64,000 nucleotides of DNA, taken from assembly GCA_964385615.1 (NCBI GenBank), contig CAYLPP010000010.1:21565-85564 (forward strand). Reading direction: 5' to 3'. The notes under the pieces were generated by a model. It ran no database searches, was not told the origin of the DNA, and saw nothing but the letters and a program-made list of their open reading frames with translations. This document shows, piece after piece, positions 1 to 8,070 of this stretch (position 1 is the first letter of the stretch; each line of letters opens with the position of its first letter). Made by a program: the position numbers and the translations under genes. Origin of the DNA: an uncultured bacterium. GTDB taxonomy: Bacteria > Omnitrophota > Omnitrophia > Omnitrophales > Aquincolibacteriaceae.

Positions 1-549
1 TCGCGCCATATTTTTTGGGGTCCGTGAACGGTCGGGATCATACAAGCTCAGGATTGAGGCTTGGGCAAAAACATTCGTAGCACCAAGACTTTCAGGATGA
101 TTCGGATTGCCTTCAAGATGAGTCGGCCGGCCCATATGGCTTTCCGCTAAAAGACCCAGTGCGGAACCCTGAAACGGCATAGCCGTCGCGAAATAAAGGG
201 GCTTTCCAGGAACCATGTATTCAGGAGCTTTGACAAAAGGCACAATCTTTTCGATCGGCTGACGGGTACAGCCTCCAAGGCCGGCAAGCGCGAGGGAAGC
301 GCCCATGAGTTTCATGAAATCCCGGCGGGTTAGTTCATCTGGAAGCGGTCTGGCTTTATCCGGAAATTCTTCTGACAAATGCTCAAGAAACTCTTCGGTT
401 CCCGCAATTTCAGAAAGACTGCGCCAATAGTCACGGCCCCAGACCGACGCGATTCTTTCGCGGATGTAAGTCATATCGAAAGCTCCCAGCTTCGGGGACA
501 CTTTTTCAGGCTTCATTTCAGGAAAATGATCGTGATGATGTTCGCTCAT
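1..549 (-). CDS. actB: Alternative complex III ActB-like molybdopterin-oxidoreductase/Fe-S subunit, N-terminal part (continues beyond the window start)
   Basis: Reverse-strand translation from the ATG at 547-549 gives MSEHHHDHFPEMKPEKVSPKLGAFDMTYIRERIA...TRRDFMKLMGASLALAGLGGC. This carries a twin-arginine (TAT) signal, RRDFMK followed by a hydrophobic stretch. The start overlaps the stop of the downstream cytochrome gene in an ATGA arrangement. Not listed in the ORF track because it runs off the window edge. Confidence 0.6.
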   Translation of the reverse strand, partial: MSEHHHDHFPEMKPEKVSPKLGAFDMTYIRERIASVWGRDYWRSLSEIAGTEEFLEHLSEEFPDKARPLPDELTRRDFMKLMGASLALAGLGGCTRQPIEKIVPFVKAPEYMVPGKPLYFATAMPFQGSALGLLAESHMGRPTHLEGNPNHPESLGATNVFAQASILSLYDPDRSRTPKNMAR

Positions 550-1199
550 CGGTGGCAAACCGAACAGTCGGTCCTCGATTGAATGTTATATTCCTTAACC
601 AGCTTCGGGCCCAGCGTTTTCTGCTCTTCAGCCGGAACTTCCCACTTCATATCAAATACGTGATCGCGCGGGCGCACAAACTTTTCAGGGTTCCGGTGGC
701 AGTCCAAGCACCAGGCCATGCGCAACGTATTCTTTTTCATGGTTAAAGGCATCTGATCCACCTGACCGTGACAGCTGGCGCAGCCGATCCCCTTCTTAAC
801 ATGAATGCTGTGATCAAAATAAACAAAATCGGCCAGGTCATGAACGCGGACCCATTCGATGGACTGATTGCTGCGGAAGCTTTCACGGACCGGTTCCAGC
901 GTCGGGCTGTCAGACCACATGGAAACATGGCAGTTCATGCAGGTTTTAGTGGGCGGAACCCCGGCAACCGCGGAATTTTCAACTGATGTATGACAATAAC
1001 GGCAATCAATCCCCAAACCGCCCACATGGTGTTTATGGCTAAAAGGAACCGGCTGTTCCCTGGCTATATTCACGAGGGTAAAGTAAGAGGAATCATTCAT
1101 GGTCATCATCACCTGAACTGCCGCCCCCAGAAAAAAAAGGGCTCCAATCAGGCTGACCTTGGCTATCGTATTTGCGCTTTTTGGGAAAATCTGAGCCAT
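546..1199 (-). CDS. actA: Pentaheme c-type cytochrome (ActA-like subunit of alternative complex III)
   Basis: Five CxxCH motifs are present (CRYCH, CMNCH, CASCH, CLDCH, CSVCH). MAQIFPK... is followed by an N-terminal hydrophobic anchor. I prefer the ATG at 1199 over the GTG at 1259 because a terminator-like hairpin lies at 1210-1248. The stop overlaps the actB start. Confidence 0.7.
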   Translation of the reverse strand: MAQIFPKSANTIAKVSLIGALFFLGAAVQVMMTMNDSSYFTLVNIAREQPVPFSHKHHVGGLGIDCRYCHTSVENSAVAGVPPTKTCMNCHVSMWSDSPTLEPVRESFRSNQSIEWVRVHDLADFVYFDHSIHVKKGIGCASCHGQVDQMPLTMKKNTLRMAWCLDCHRNPEKFVRPRDHVFDMKWEVPAEEQKTLGPKLVKEYNIQSRTDCSVCHR

Positions 1200-1209
1200 T
1201 CGTAGATTG

Positions 1210-1248
1210 CAAAAATAAGCACCCGCTTCGTAAAGAAGCGAGTGCGGG
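1210..1248 (-). terminator. Candidate intrinsic terminator or attenuator hairpin between the JAMM gene and actA
   Basis: On the minus-strand RNA the sequence is cccgcacucgcuuc-uuua-cgaagcgggug, an 11-bp stem with one G-U pair, followed immediately by uuauuuuug. Confidence 0.45.
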
Positions 1249-1330
1249 TTGGCCCGCACATTTTGTGCAAACCTGCCTGAATTTTAAAAGCGTTATTGTA
1301 CCAAAAACCCTGCAGAAATAAATGTTTAAA

Positions 1331-1810
1331 TCAAAAAAGAATGTCCCTGCCGGCGCCTTTGAAGCCTTTGAGGGCGGAATCCCATGAAAACAGAGCGGCT
1401 TTGTCTGCTTTGCCGTTAATCGTGGAAACAACCAGATAAAAGACACCGGGCCAGGCAGGAACTCCATCGGGAGCCGCCATTTTCCTGTCCTCTTCCGAGA
1501 AATAAGCGCCTGAGTCCGGGTGAGAGTGGTAAATGACACGGACAACTTCTCCGGATTCCCGGCACTGTTTCTGCAAATTCAGAAGTTCTGCCGGATCCAT
1601 AAAGAAAGCATTACGGGACGTGCGGGGAAAAGTTTCAGGGTCCTGACGGTGAAGTTCATCCTGAGCGTTACGGCACGGCACAATCCGGGTGAGCGTTTCC
1701 GGCTGTTTTTCAGGTCCCGTGATAATGCCGCAGCATTCCGAAGGGTATTCCTTTTCTGCCTGCAGACGGATCTGTTCAAGGAATCCTGAGGGGATTTTTA
1801 AAGCGGTCAT
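1331..1810 (-). CDS. JAMM/MPN+ (Mov34) zinc metallopeptidase, Mec+/CysO-peptidase-like
   Basis: HSHPDSGAYFSEED is a complete H-x-H-x7-S-x2-D JAMM motif, and there is an upstream conserved Glu in AEKEYPSECCG. The protein is about 160 aa, as expected for carrier-protein deubiquitinase-like peptidases. Confidence 0.8.
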   Translation of the reverse strand: MTALKIPSGFLEQIRLQAEKEYPSECCGIITGPEKQPETLTRIVPCRNAQDELHRQDPETFPRTSRNAFFMDPAELLNLQKQCRESGEVVRVIYHSHPDSGAYFSEEDRKMAAPDGVPAWPGVFYLVVSTINGKADKAALFSWDSALKGFKGAGRDILF

Positions 1811-2499
1811 GAACGGTTCAGCGCGTTCAAGAACTGATCAAGGTCGGTCAGATCCGTGAAAATATAATCCGAACCCGCTTTTTCGAAGTCTTCTTTCTGA
1901 TAACGGCCGGTGGTAATGCCAATCGTACAGGCGCCAATCTGTTTGCCGGCATGAATATCCCAAACCGTATCGCCAATGACAAAAATATCCTGAGGGTCTA
2001 TCACGCGCCCGACAAAATCATGCCCGCGAAGCATCGCTTTACGGGTTAATTCCGGGCGGTGATGGGAATCCGACCCAAATCCGCCAAAACGAAAATGATG
2101 CCGTATGCTTCCCCGCTCAAGCTTGGACCACGCCGCCTTCTCAAAATTGCCCGTAGCGACTCCCAGGGCCAGATCCGGCATGGCTGAAAGTTTTCCCAGA
2201 AGCTGCTTAACGCCGGGCATCAGACGAAACCGGGAGGCCTCACGAATACCCTCTTCAAATAATTCCAGATAACGGCTACAAAAAGCCTGATATTCGGCAA
2301 GCGTTAAACTTCTTCCCAGATTAGCTTGAGCAATCTCTTCAACCAAAGCGGGATCCGTTTTCCCGTCAGGGATACAATTGCCCCAGGCATCTTTAAGACC
2401 GAACATTTCCTGAAAAACTTGATTAAACGCAACGGCTCCCGTGCCTCCTGTCAGGAGAAGAGTGCCGTCAATATCGAAGAGAAGCATTTTGCGGATCAT
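1807..2499 (-). CDS. HAD-superfamily hydrolase (subfamily IA, phosphatase-like)
   Basis: N-terminal LLFDIDGTLL motif (DxDGT) and a C-terminal GDTVWD motif. The stop overlaps the JAMM start by 4 nt. Confidence 0.75.
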   Translation of the reverse strand: MIRKMLLFDIDGTLLLTGGTGAVAFNQVFQEMFGLKDAWGNCIPDGKTDPALVEEIAQANLGRSLTLAEYQAFCSRYLELFEEGIREASRFRLMPGVKQLLGKLSAMPDLALGVATGNFEKAAWSKLERGSIRHHFRFGGFGSDSHHRPELTRKAMLRGHDFVGRVIDPQDIFVIGDTVWDIHAGKQIGACTIGITTGRYQKEDFEKAGSDYIFTDLTDLDQFLNALNRS

Positions 2500-2588
2500 G
2501 GGAATACTCAGAGAGGGTAAAACCTCAGCCTGCTAGCGCGCGCATGGTTTCATTAACCGTGACGCTCTGTAGCTGCGTTTATGCGCAA

Positions 2589-4184
2589 CTAATCCTGATG
2601 AACAACTTCGGCAATTGCGCCGGAATTCAATTTGACCTTAACCCAAGGATTATTTTTAACGCCGGAGCGGACTTTGCGGATCCAAAGCTCTTTAGAAGCT
2701 GAGGCGCCGTCGATTGACACCGAAGAACCTTCAAAAGTTTTCGAAGCAACGGTCTTCTTGCCTTCTCTTATGTCCAGCTGATACGAGGCTCCTTTGTCAA
2801 AACCGTACTTCGCTTCAAGATCGGTAAACGTCAGCTGTCCACCCTTGAAATCAAAATCATCCAGCGGAGCGGATTTTGAAAACCAGTACGCGGCCGCCAA
2901 ATCACGGCGCTTGATCAATTGATCCGCGATAAAAGTTTCGTCGGGTTCTTCCGTGTACTTCCCCGCTTTTACGATCGCGCGAATATCTTCATCTGAAAAC
3001 GACTTGATGATCTTAGCGGCCCAAAAAGCGTCCGCGCGGGTTAAATCCTTAAAAACGTACTGGGGAAGAAACGTTTTAAACTTCTTGGGATTGAACTCAT
3101 TGTTGTCAAAATAACCGACGGCTGTTGAGTGAACCGTTTCACCGGATTCTCTCCAACGGCGCTGCCAGGGCTTCTCCCAAAAACCAAGTGTCCAGAAAGC
3201 CTTAGTAGTTTCTCCCGCATCATAGAGATATTCATAACCGATCATGGGAGGCTTAGCGCCTTCCGTGTCAGAACCCAAAGCCCCGTAAAACCCGGTTAAA
3301 TAATGCTTCAGAAATGTCTGCCCGTTTTCATTAACAAGATAATCACGGGTGCTTTGATCGTGAAAATTAAAATCATTAAGCCACGAACCAAACACGCGCA
3401 ACGCGCGAAGCTCACGCTGTTCCTGGTGATTCCACTTGTCATTCGGGTCATTCTTACGGCGGCCCTGAAAAGAAAAGGTTCCCTTATCAATTCCCACGGG
3501 AGTTTTAACCGCGGCCGCGCGGAATTTTCCGTCGTCCGCCCAAGGAATCATCAGCGTCAACGTATCAAGTTTTTCCTGAGTCAATTTTCTTTTAAAACCT
3601 GAGGAGTCAACAAACCGGGCGCCTTCCTGCGGTATCAAATTTTCAGGACTTAAAGAAACAAGCGTGATCTGGGGAACGTTATAACCGATCGCGTGATAAA
3701 ACCGGCTGGCAATAATCATGGCCGCGGTCATCATCCCGATTGAATCCGGTGAATCAAAATAAAGCGTGTATTCCTCTCCCTTAGAATCTTTCACGGTAAA
3801 AACTGGACGGAGCCCCATCAGATAGCCGTCGGTAATCATCATTTTCCCGGAGAGTTCCGGACCTGAGCTTACATAATTTCCCGCGGCAAGTTCTTGAGCC
3901 GAAAGCGCTTTGCGGGCGTGTCTGTTGGTAAAAAAAGCGGAATCCGCGACTTCATCATAGAGATTCACATCCGCTGAGCGGAGTTTCTTACCAAAAATCT
4001 TCCGGCCCAAACGGTCAAGATGAAGATAAGAGGTGTTGTCGTAGTAGACGTTATTATCGAAGACATCCTTGTAAAGACTGTCCGGGTTCTTTTTGAACTC
4101 CGGATTATCGGCAGCCGCTTCAGCAGCAAAACTAGCGGAGCTTTGTAAAAGCAAAAAGCAAAGGAGAAGGCTTATTGTTTTCAT
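2589..4184 (-). CDS. Exported protein of unknown function (about 530 aa; signal peptide MKTISLLLCFLLLQSSASFA)
   Basis: Long ORF in which the internal Met at 4184 gives a typical Sec signal peptide. I do not recognise the family. Confidence 0.55.
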   Translation of the reverse strand: MKTISLLLCFLLLQSSASFAAEAAADNPEFKKNPDSLYKDVFDNNVYYDNTSYLHLDRLGRKIFGKKLRSADVNLYDEVADSAFFTNRHARKALSAQELAAGNYVSSGPELSGKMMITDGYLMGLRPVFTVKDSKGEEYTLYFDSPDSIGMMTAAMIIASRFYHAIGYNVPQITLVSLSPENLIPQEGARFVDSSGFKRKLTQEKLDTLTLMIPWADDGKFRAAAVKTPVGIDKGTFSFQGRRKNDPNDKWNHQEQRELRALRVFGSWLNDFNFHDQSTRDYLVNENGQTFLKHYLTGFYGALGSDTEGAKPPMIGYEYLYDAGETTKAFWTLGFWEKPWQRRWRESGETVHSTAVGYFDNNEFNPKKFKTFLPQYVFKDLTRADAFWAAKIIKSFSDEDIRAIVKAGKYTEEPDETFIADQLIKRRDLAAAYWFSKSAPLDDFDFKGGQLTFTDLEAKYGFDKGASYQLDIREGKKTVASKTFEGSSVSIDGASASKELWIRKVRSGVKNNPWVKVKLNSGAIAEVVHQD

Positions 4185-4233
4185 GCATCCCTTTACCGGC
4201 AAGCGCACAGCTTCTTTAGCTGCGGCTTTGCTG

Positions 4234-4262
4234 TACTTGCGCATCGGCGCATCGGCGCAGCT
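4234..4262. repeat. Second copy of the ACTTGCGCATCGGCGCA hairpin element, with an internal GCATCGGC duplication, immediately 3' of the OMP stop codon
   Basis: Read directly from the sequence. 17 of 18 positions match the element at 11594-11615. Confidence 0.55.
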
Positions 4263-5577
4263 AGAACGGCGAACGGTTTTTAACATAAAAGGAAGTCCCT
4301 TCATCTCCATGAGCCAATTCTACTGAAAGTAAAACATGGTCTAATAATGAAAACCGGAAACCGCCGCCGTAACTCGCGTTAAAATCTTGAAACTGCATAC
4401 GGCTGGGTTTTCTAAAAACCTGCCCAACGTCGGTAAAAAGAAAACTGTCCGCTTTGAAATCACGGTACTCGTAAATAGTGTAGCGGTATTCAAAATTAAG
4501 AACCAGCGCGTCACGGTCATAAAAGCGGTTGTCATCGTATCCGCGAAGCGTTTGGCTAAGTGACGGATGATTTCCATAACCGCCCAAGCGGGCCATATCA
4601 TAAAAAGGAACCTGCTTGCCGGACAACGCCATATTATCTTCGAAGTATAAATGAGAAACGAACACGCGCCGCTCAGAACCCAAAGGAAGATAGTGGCTCA
4701 ATTCCAAAACCGCTTTAAAATAACGGGCGTCGGAACTGCCCAGGCCTTCATTGTATTTATATCCCGCGCGCGCATACATACCGCGGCTTGAAGAGGTTTG
4801 ATGATTACGGGTGTCATAAACCAACTCAGGCCCCGTTCCAAGCAATTCATCGCCTTTTAAACCCGGAACCGTAAAGGCGGTATCGGGAAAAGTCACGTCG
4901 ATAATTCCGCGTCCACCATCTTCGCCGTTGGTGATATTCACATTCTTATAGAAAAATTTCCAGTCCGCGGAAAAAGAAGGGTTCTTGCTGTAACCAAGAC
5001 TGGTTTCAATAAGAGTCTGTTCCATTTTATAGGAGGTGCCTTCACCCTTACTGGTATCAGGTCCAATTCCATAAAAATGTTCTTCGGGCCGGCTGGAATA
5101 TTCCACCGTGGCGAAAGTGCGGAGAGGTGTGTCAAGAATACGCTCCATGCCGATACGGCTTCCAGCAAACATATTGCCTTCATAAGAATCGTACCAGCCT
5201 TTAAGCGTTAAATCCGGAAAACGAACTTTCTGGCGCGTCAGCCTTATAAAATCAACTTCGGCACCGTAACGGCGAAGACCAATATAAGGGGTGATTCCGT
5301 AATCTCCGATTTTTTCATAAATCCACTGTCCTTTGCTGAGCAAGCGTTCTTTTTCCGCGAAAACAAGCGTCTTATTAAGCGGCCAGCGGACAAGTTCAAA
5401 AGGATAGGTCAGAAAATCGGAAGAAACTTTGGAAAGAAGGGAGCGTTCCTGACGATCCGCGTAAACGGAAGCATAGCGGTCATAGCTGACATTTTCCGCG
5501 TAAGCGGCAGACGCAAAAAGCAGTCCGGCCAGAACGATTGTAAAAAGTTTGTATTTCTTATTAATCATGTTGCCCAT
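4261..5577 (-). CDS. Outer-membrane beta-barrel protein of unknown function
   Basis: N-terminal signal peptide (LFTIVLAGLLFASAAYA). The protein is rich in alternating aromatic/hydrophilic residues and has a C-terminal ...YVKNRSPF ending in Phe, the OMP C-terminal signature. Confidence 0.55.
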   Translation of the reverse strand: MGNMINKKYKLFTIVLAGLLFASAAYAENVSYDRYASVYADRQERSLLSKVSSDFLTYPFELVRWPLNKTLVFAEKERLLSKGQWIYEKIGDYGITPYIGLRRYGAEVDFIRLTRQKVRFPDLTLKGWYDSYEGNMFAGSRIGMERILDTPLRTFATVEYSSRPEEHFYGIGPDTSKGEGTSYKMEQTLIETSLGYSKNPSFSADWKFFYKNVNITNGEDGGRGIIDVTFPDTAFTVPGLKGDELLGTGPELVYDTRNHQTSSSRGMYARAGYKYNEGLGSSDARYFKAVLELSHYLPLGSERRVFVSHLYFEDNMALSGKQVPFYDMARLGGYGNHPSLSQTLRGYDDNRFYDRDALVLNFEYRYTIYEYRDFKADSFLFTDVGQVFRKPSRMQFQDFNASYGGGFRFSLLDHVLLSVELAHGDEGTSFYVKNRSPF

Positions 5578-5667
5578 AGTTTCGACTTAAACCGGGATTT
5601 CTTGACTGAGGTACGGCAATTATTATGGATTTTAGGTGTTCACGCAACTCTTTTTATAGCCAAAACT

Positions 5668-6051
5668 TCAGGCTTCAAAAGCATTGTGAATCAACTTGAA
5701 TTCAGGGGGGGTCTTGCCATCCCAGGTTACCGCCAGCACCTCGAAGGAAACCCGGGCTTCCTTGTCGGCAGTCTGCCTTAAATACCACTCTGCCAGCCGT
5801 ACCAGCTTTGCCTGCTTGGCTGGGGTTACCGCCTCTTGGGGAGATCCGAACCGGTTGCTGGAGCGGGTTTTGATCTCGATAAAAACCAGTCTTTTGTCTT
5901 TTTGGGCAACAACATCAATTTCACCCAGCGGACAGCGGAAATTCTTCTCTAAAATCCGGTACCCCTGGTCCAGAAGGTATTTCCACCCCAGAGTCTCTCC
6001 TCTTTGTCCCAAGCTTAAATGAAAAGGCCGTTTCGCGGGTCCGTATTTCAT
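5668..6051 (-). CDS. yraN: YraN-family (UPF0102) endonuclease-like protein
   Basis: GEIDVVAQKDKRLVFIEIKTRS core. The start is set at the internal MKYGP; with this start the gene overlaps the rnhB stop by 4 nt. Confidence 0.6.
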   Translation of the reverse strand: MKYGPAKRPFHLSLGQRGETLGWKYLLDQGYRILEKNFRCPLGEIDVVAQKDKRLVFIEIKTRSSNRFGSPQEAVTPAKQAKLVRLAEWYLRQTADKEARVSFEVLAVTWDGKTPPEFKLIHNAFEA

Positions 6052-6653
6052 AAATGGAGGAAGCTTTTCCTGTGAATAGGGCACGGCCCGATTTCTTTAA
6101 GCTTTTGCAGATGGAGCGCAGTTCCATAGCCTTTGTGTCTTTTAAATTCATAATGCGGGTACAGGCTGTCGAAATGAGTCATCAGGCAATCCCGATAGAC
6201 TTTCGCGATAATAGAAGCGGCCGCGACGGAAGCGGACTTACCGTCACCGCCGACGACAGGCTGTTGAGGAAGAGGGAGATCAATGCGGGCTTTGCCATCA
6301 ATAACGAGAAAATCGGGAGTACTGCTCAGCGCGAGGACCGCGCGTTTCATGGCCAGGCGGGATGCCTGGTAAATATTGATTTGATCAATGGTGTTTTCAT
6401 CCACCACACCGATGCCGACAAGACCATGTTTGATGATTTCGAAAAAGAGTCTTTCACGGGCAGCGGGCTGAACTTGCTTGGAATCATTCAGGCCTTTGAA
6501 ATCTCCAAGACGCCGGAGAACAACAGCCGCGGCCACTACTGGACCGGCCAAAGGGCCTCTTCCCGCTTCATCCACACCCGCCATCCGGGCTCCGGCAAAA
6601 GGCCGGGTCCGGTCATCAAATCCAAGAAGGCGCGGTAAAGTGGGCCGTATCAA
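6048..6653 (-). CDS. rnhB: Ribonuclease HII
   Basis: MAGVDEAGRGPLAGPVVAAAVVL (the DEAGRG active-site region) and an overall length of about 200 aa. Confidence 0.85.
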   Translation of the reverse strand: MIRPTLPRLLGFDDRTRPFAGARMAGVDEAGRGPLAGPVVAAAVVLRRLGDFKGLNDSKQVQPAARERLFFEIIKHGLVGIGVVDENTIDQINIYQASRLAMKRAVLALSSTPDFLVIDGKARIDLPLPQQPVVGGDGKSASVAAASIIAKVYRDCLMTHFDSLYPHYEFKRHKGYGTALHLQKLKEIGPCPIHRKSFLHL

Positions 6654-6665
6654 ACCGGACCGTGC

Positions 6666-6983
6666 TTATTTCTTGCGCAGGTGGTAAAGCTTGGCGCGAA
6701 TCGCCTTGCCTTTACGTCCGACTACGATCTTTTCAATCGTCGGGGAATGCACAGGAAAAATCTTTTCCACAATATCACCGTGGGTTTCCTTCACAACCGT
6801 AAAGCTGGCGGAAATCCCGGTGCCGCGGCGCGCAATGCAGACGCCTTCAAAAAGCTGGGTACGGGTTTTATCGCCTTCTTTAACACGGACGTGAACTTTC
6901 AGCGTGTCACCCACGCGGAACTCCGGAACATCCTTGCGCTGCGCTTCTTTTGTTACTTTATCAATCGCTTCGATCGCTTTCAT
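6666..6983 (-). CDS. rplS: 50S ribosomal protein L19
   Basis: EFRVGDTLKVHVRVKEGDKTRTQLFEGVCIARR aligns with the E. coli L19 motif [34 protein letters not shown]. Confidence 0.9.
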   Translation of the reverse strand: MKAIEAIDKVTKEAQRKDVPEFRVGDTLKVHVRVKEGDKTRTQLFEGVCIARRGTGISASFTVVKETHGDIVEKIFPVHSPTIEKIVVGRKGKAIRAKLYHLRKK

Positions 6984-7087
6984 TTTATTCTCCTAAATGA
7001 GCACCAGACTTACGACGCCTTCAGGCGGCGTTAAGTCCTCCGTGCGAATTTATTCCAGGAACCCGCGGCCTAGCGGGTGACGTGGAA

Positions 7088-7783
7088 CTACCTCAGGTCA
7101 GGCCGTCTTTTTTTTGTCATCTCTTTTGACAAATCGGCGCGCCACTTTTTGACTTCTTTATGATTTCCCGAAACCAGAATCTCGGGCACTTGCCAGCCCC
7201 GGAAGTCGCGAGGCCTTGTGTATTGAGGATACTCCAACTGGCTCTTATCCTCTAAAAAACTTTCTTCTTTCAACGAATCTTCATTACCGATCACGCCCGG
7301 AATCAGCCTTGTCACGGCCTCAATCAAACTGAGCGAGGGAGCTTCTCCGCCCATCGTGACAAAATCACCGATAGAAATCAATTCATCGGCCAGATGCTCG
7401 TGAACCCGGTGGTCAATGCCTTCGTAATGCCCGCAAAGCAGAACCAAATGTTTCTTTTCCGAAAGCTGCTTTGCTTTTTTCTGCGTGAATCTTTCTCCGC
7501 GCGCATCCAGCAGAACCACCCAGCCTGAGCCCTGCTTCTCGCGGATATCTTCCACGCACTCAAAAATCGGCTCCGGCTTCATGACCATTCCAGGCCCTCC
7601 GCCAAAAGGCTTGTCATCCACCGTCCGGTGACGGTCATGCGTGAATTTCCTTAAATCATGCACGCGGATATCGATCAGCTTTTTTTCCCGGGCCTTCTTG
7701 ATCAGAGATTCTTCCATCGGCCCTTTGAAAAAAGCCGGAAAGATCGTGACTAGGTCAATTTCAAAAGGCCGGGAACTTCCCAC
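7088..7783 (-). CDS. trmD: tRNA (guanine37-N1)-methyltransferase
   Basis: FEIDLVTIFPAFF...PFGGGPGMVMKPEP are the SPOUT TrmD motifs. The gene sits in rpsP-trmD-rplS synteny without rimM. Confidence 0.9.
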   Translation of the reverse strand: MGSSRPFEIDLVTIFPAFFKGPMEESLIKKAREKKLIDIRVHDLRKFTHDRHRTVDDKPFGGGPGMVMKPEPIFECVEDIREKQGSGWVVLLDARGERFTQKKAKQLSEKKHLVLLCGHYEGIDHRVHEHLADELISIGDFVTMGGEAPSLSLIEAVTRLIPGVIGNEDSLKEESFLEDKSQLEYPQYTRPRDFRGWQVPEILVSGNHKEVKKWRADLSKEMTKKRRPDLR

Positions 7784-7793
7784 GCAAGCCCTT

Positions 7794-8042
7794 TTACTTT
7801 TTGGAACGCTTGGAACGCTTGATCAGGCTCTTGACGGAATCGCTGACCTGAGCGCCGCTCTTGGTCCAGTATTCGAGGCGTTCCTGCTTAACCACGAATT
7901 TTTCCTGAGCCGGAAGCGGATCATAGTAACCGATCTCCTCGATGAAACGGCCGTCGCGCGGCATTTTGGCATCCGCGACAACAACACGCCACTGAAGGCG
8001 GTTCTTGGTCCCGAAACGTTTTAATCTGATTTTTACTGCCAT
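7794..8042 (-). CDS. rpsP: 30S ribosomal protein S16
   Basis: MAVKIRLKRFGTKNRLQWRVVVADAKMPRDGRFIEEIGYYDP. Confidence 0.9.
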   Translation of the reverse strand: MAVKIRLKRFGTKNRLQWRVVVADAKMPRDGRFIEEIGYYDPLPAQEKFVVKQERLEYWTKSGAQVSDSVKSLIKRSKRSKK

Positions 8043-8070
8043 TTTGATTCTCCTTTATTACTTTTATTAA

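Noticed and set aside
1257-1259. GTG at 1259 as the actA start (used by the ORF track)
   Set aside because: It would place the strong hairpin plus U-tract inside the coding sequence and add 20 residues before the signal/anchor segment. I kept the ATG at 1199 but left confidence moderate.
1093-1545. 150-aa minus-strand ORF spanning the JAMM 3' end, the intergenic hairpin and the actA 5' end
   Set aside because: It overlaps two motif-supported genes and a terminator-like structure, and has no recognisable features.
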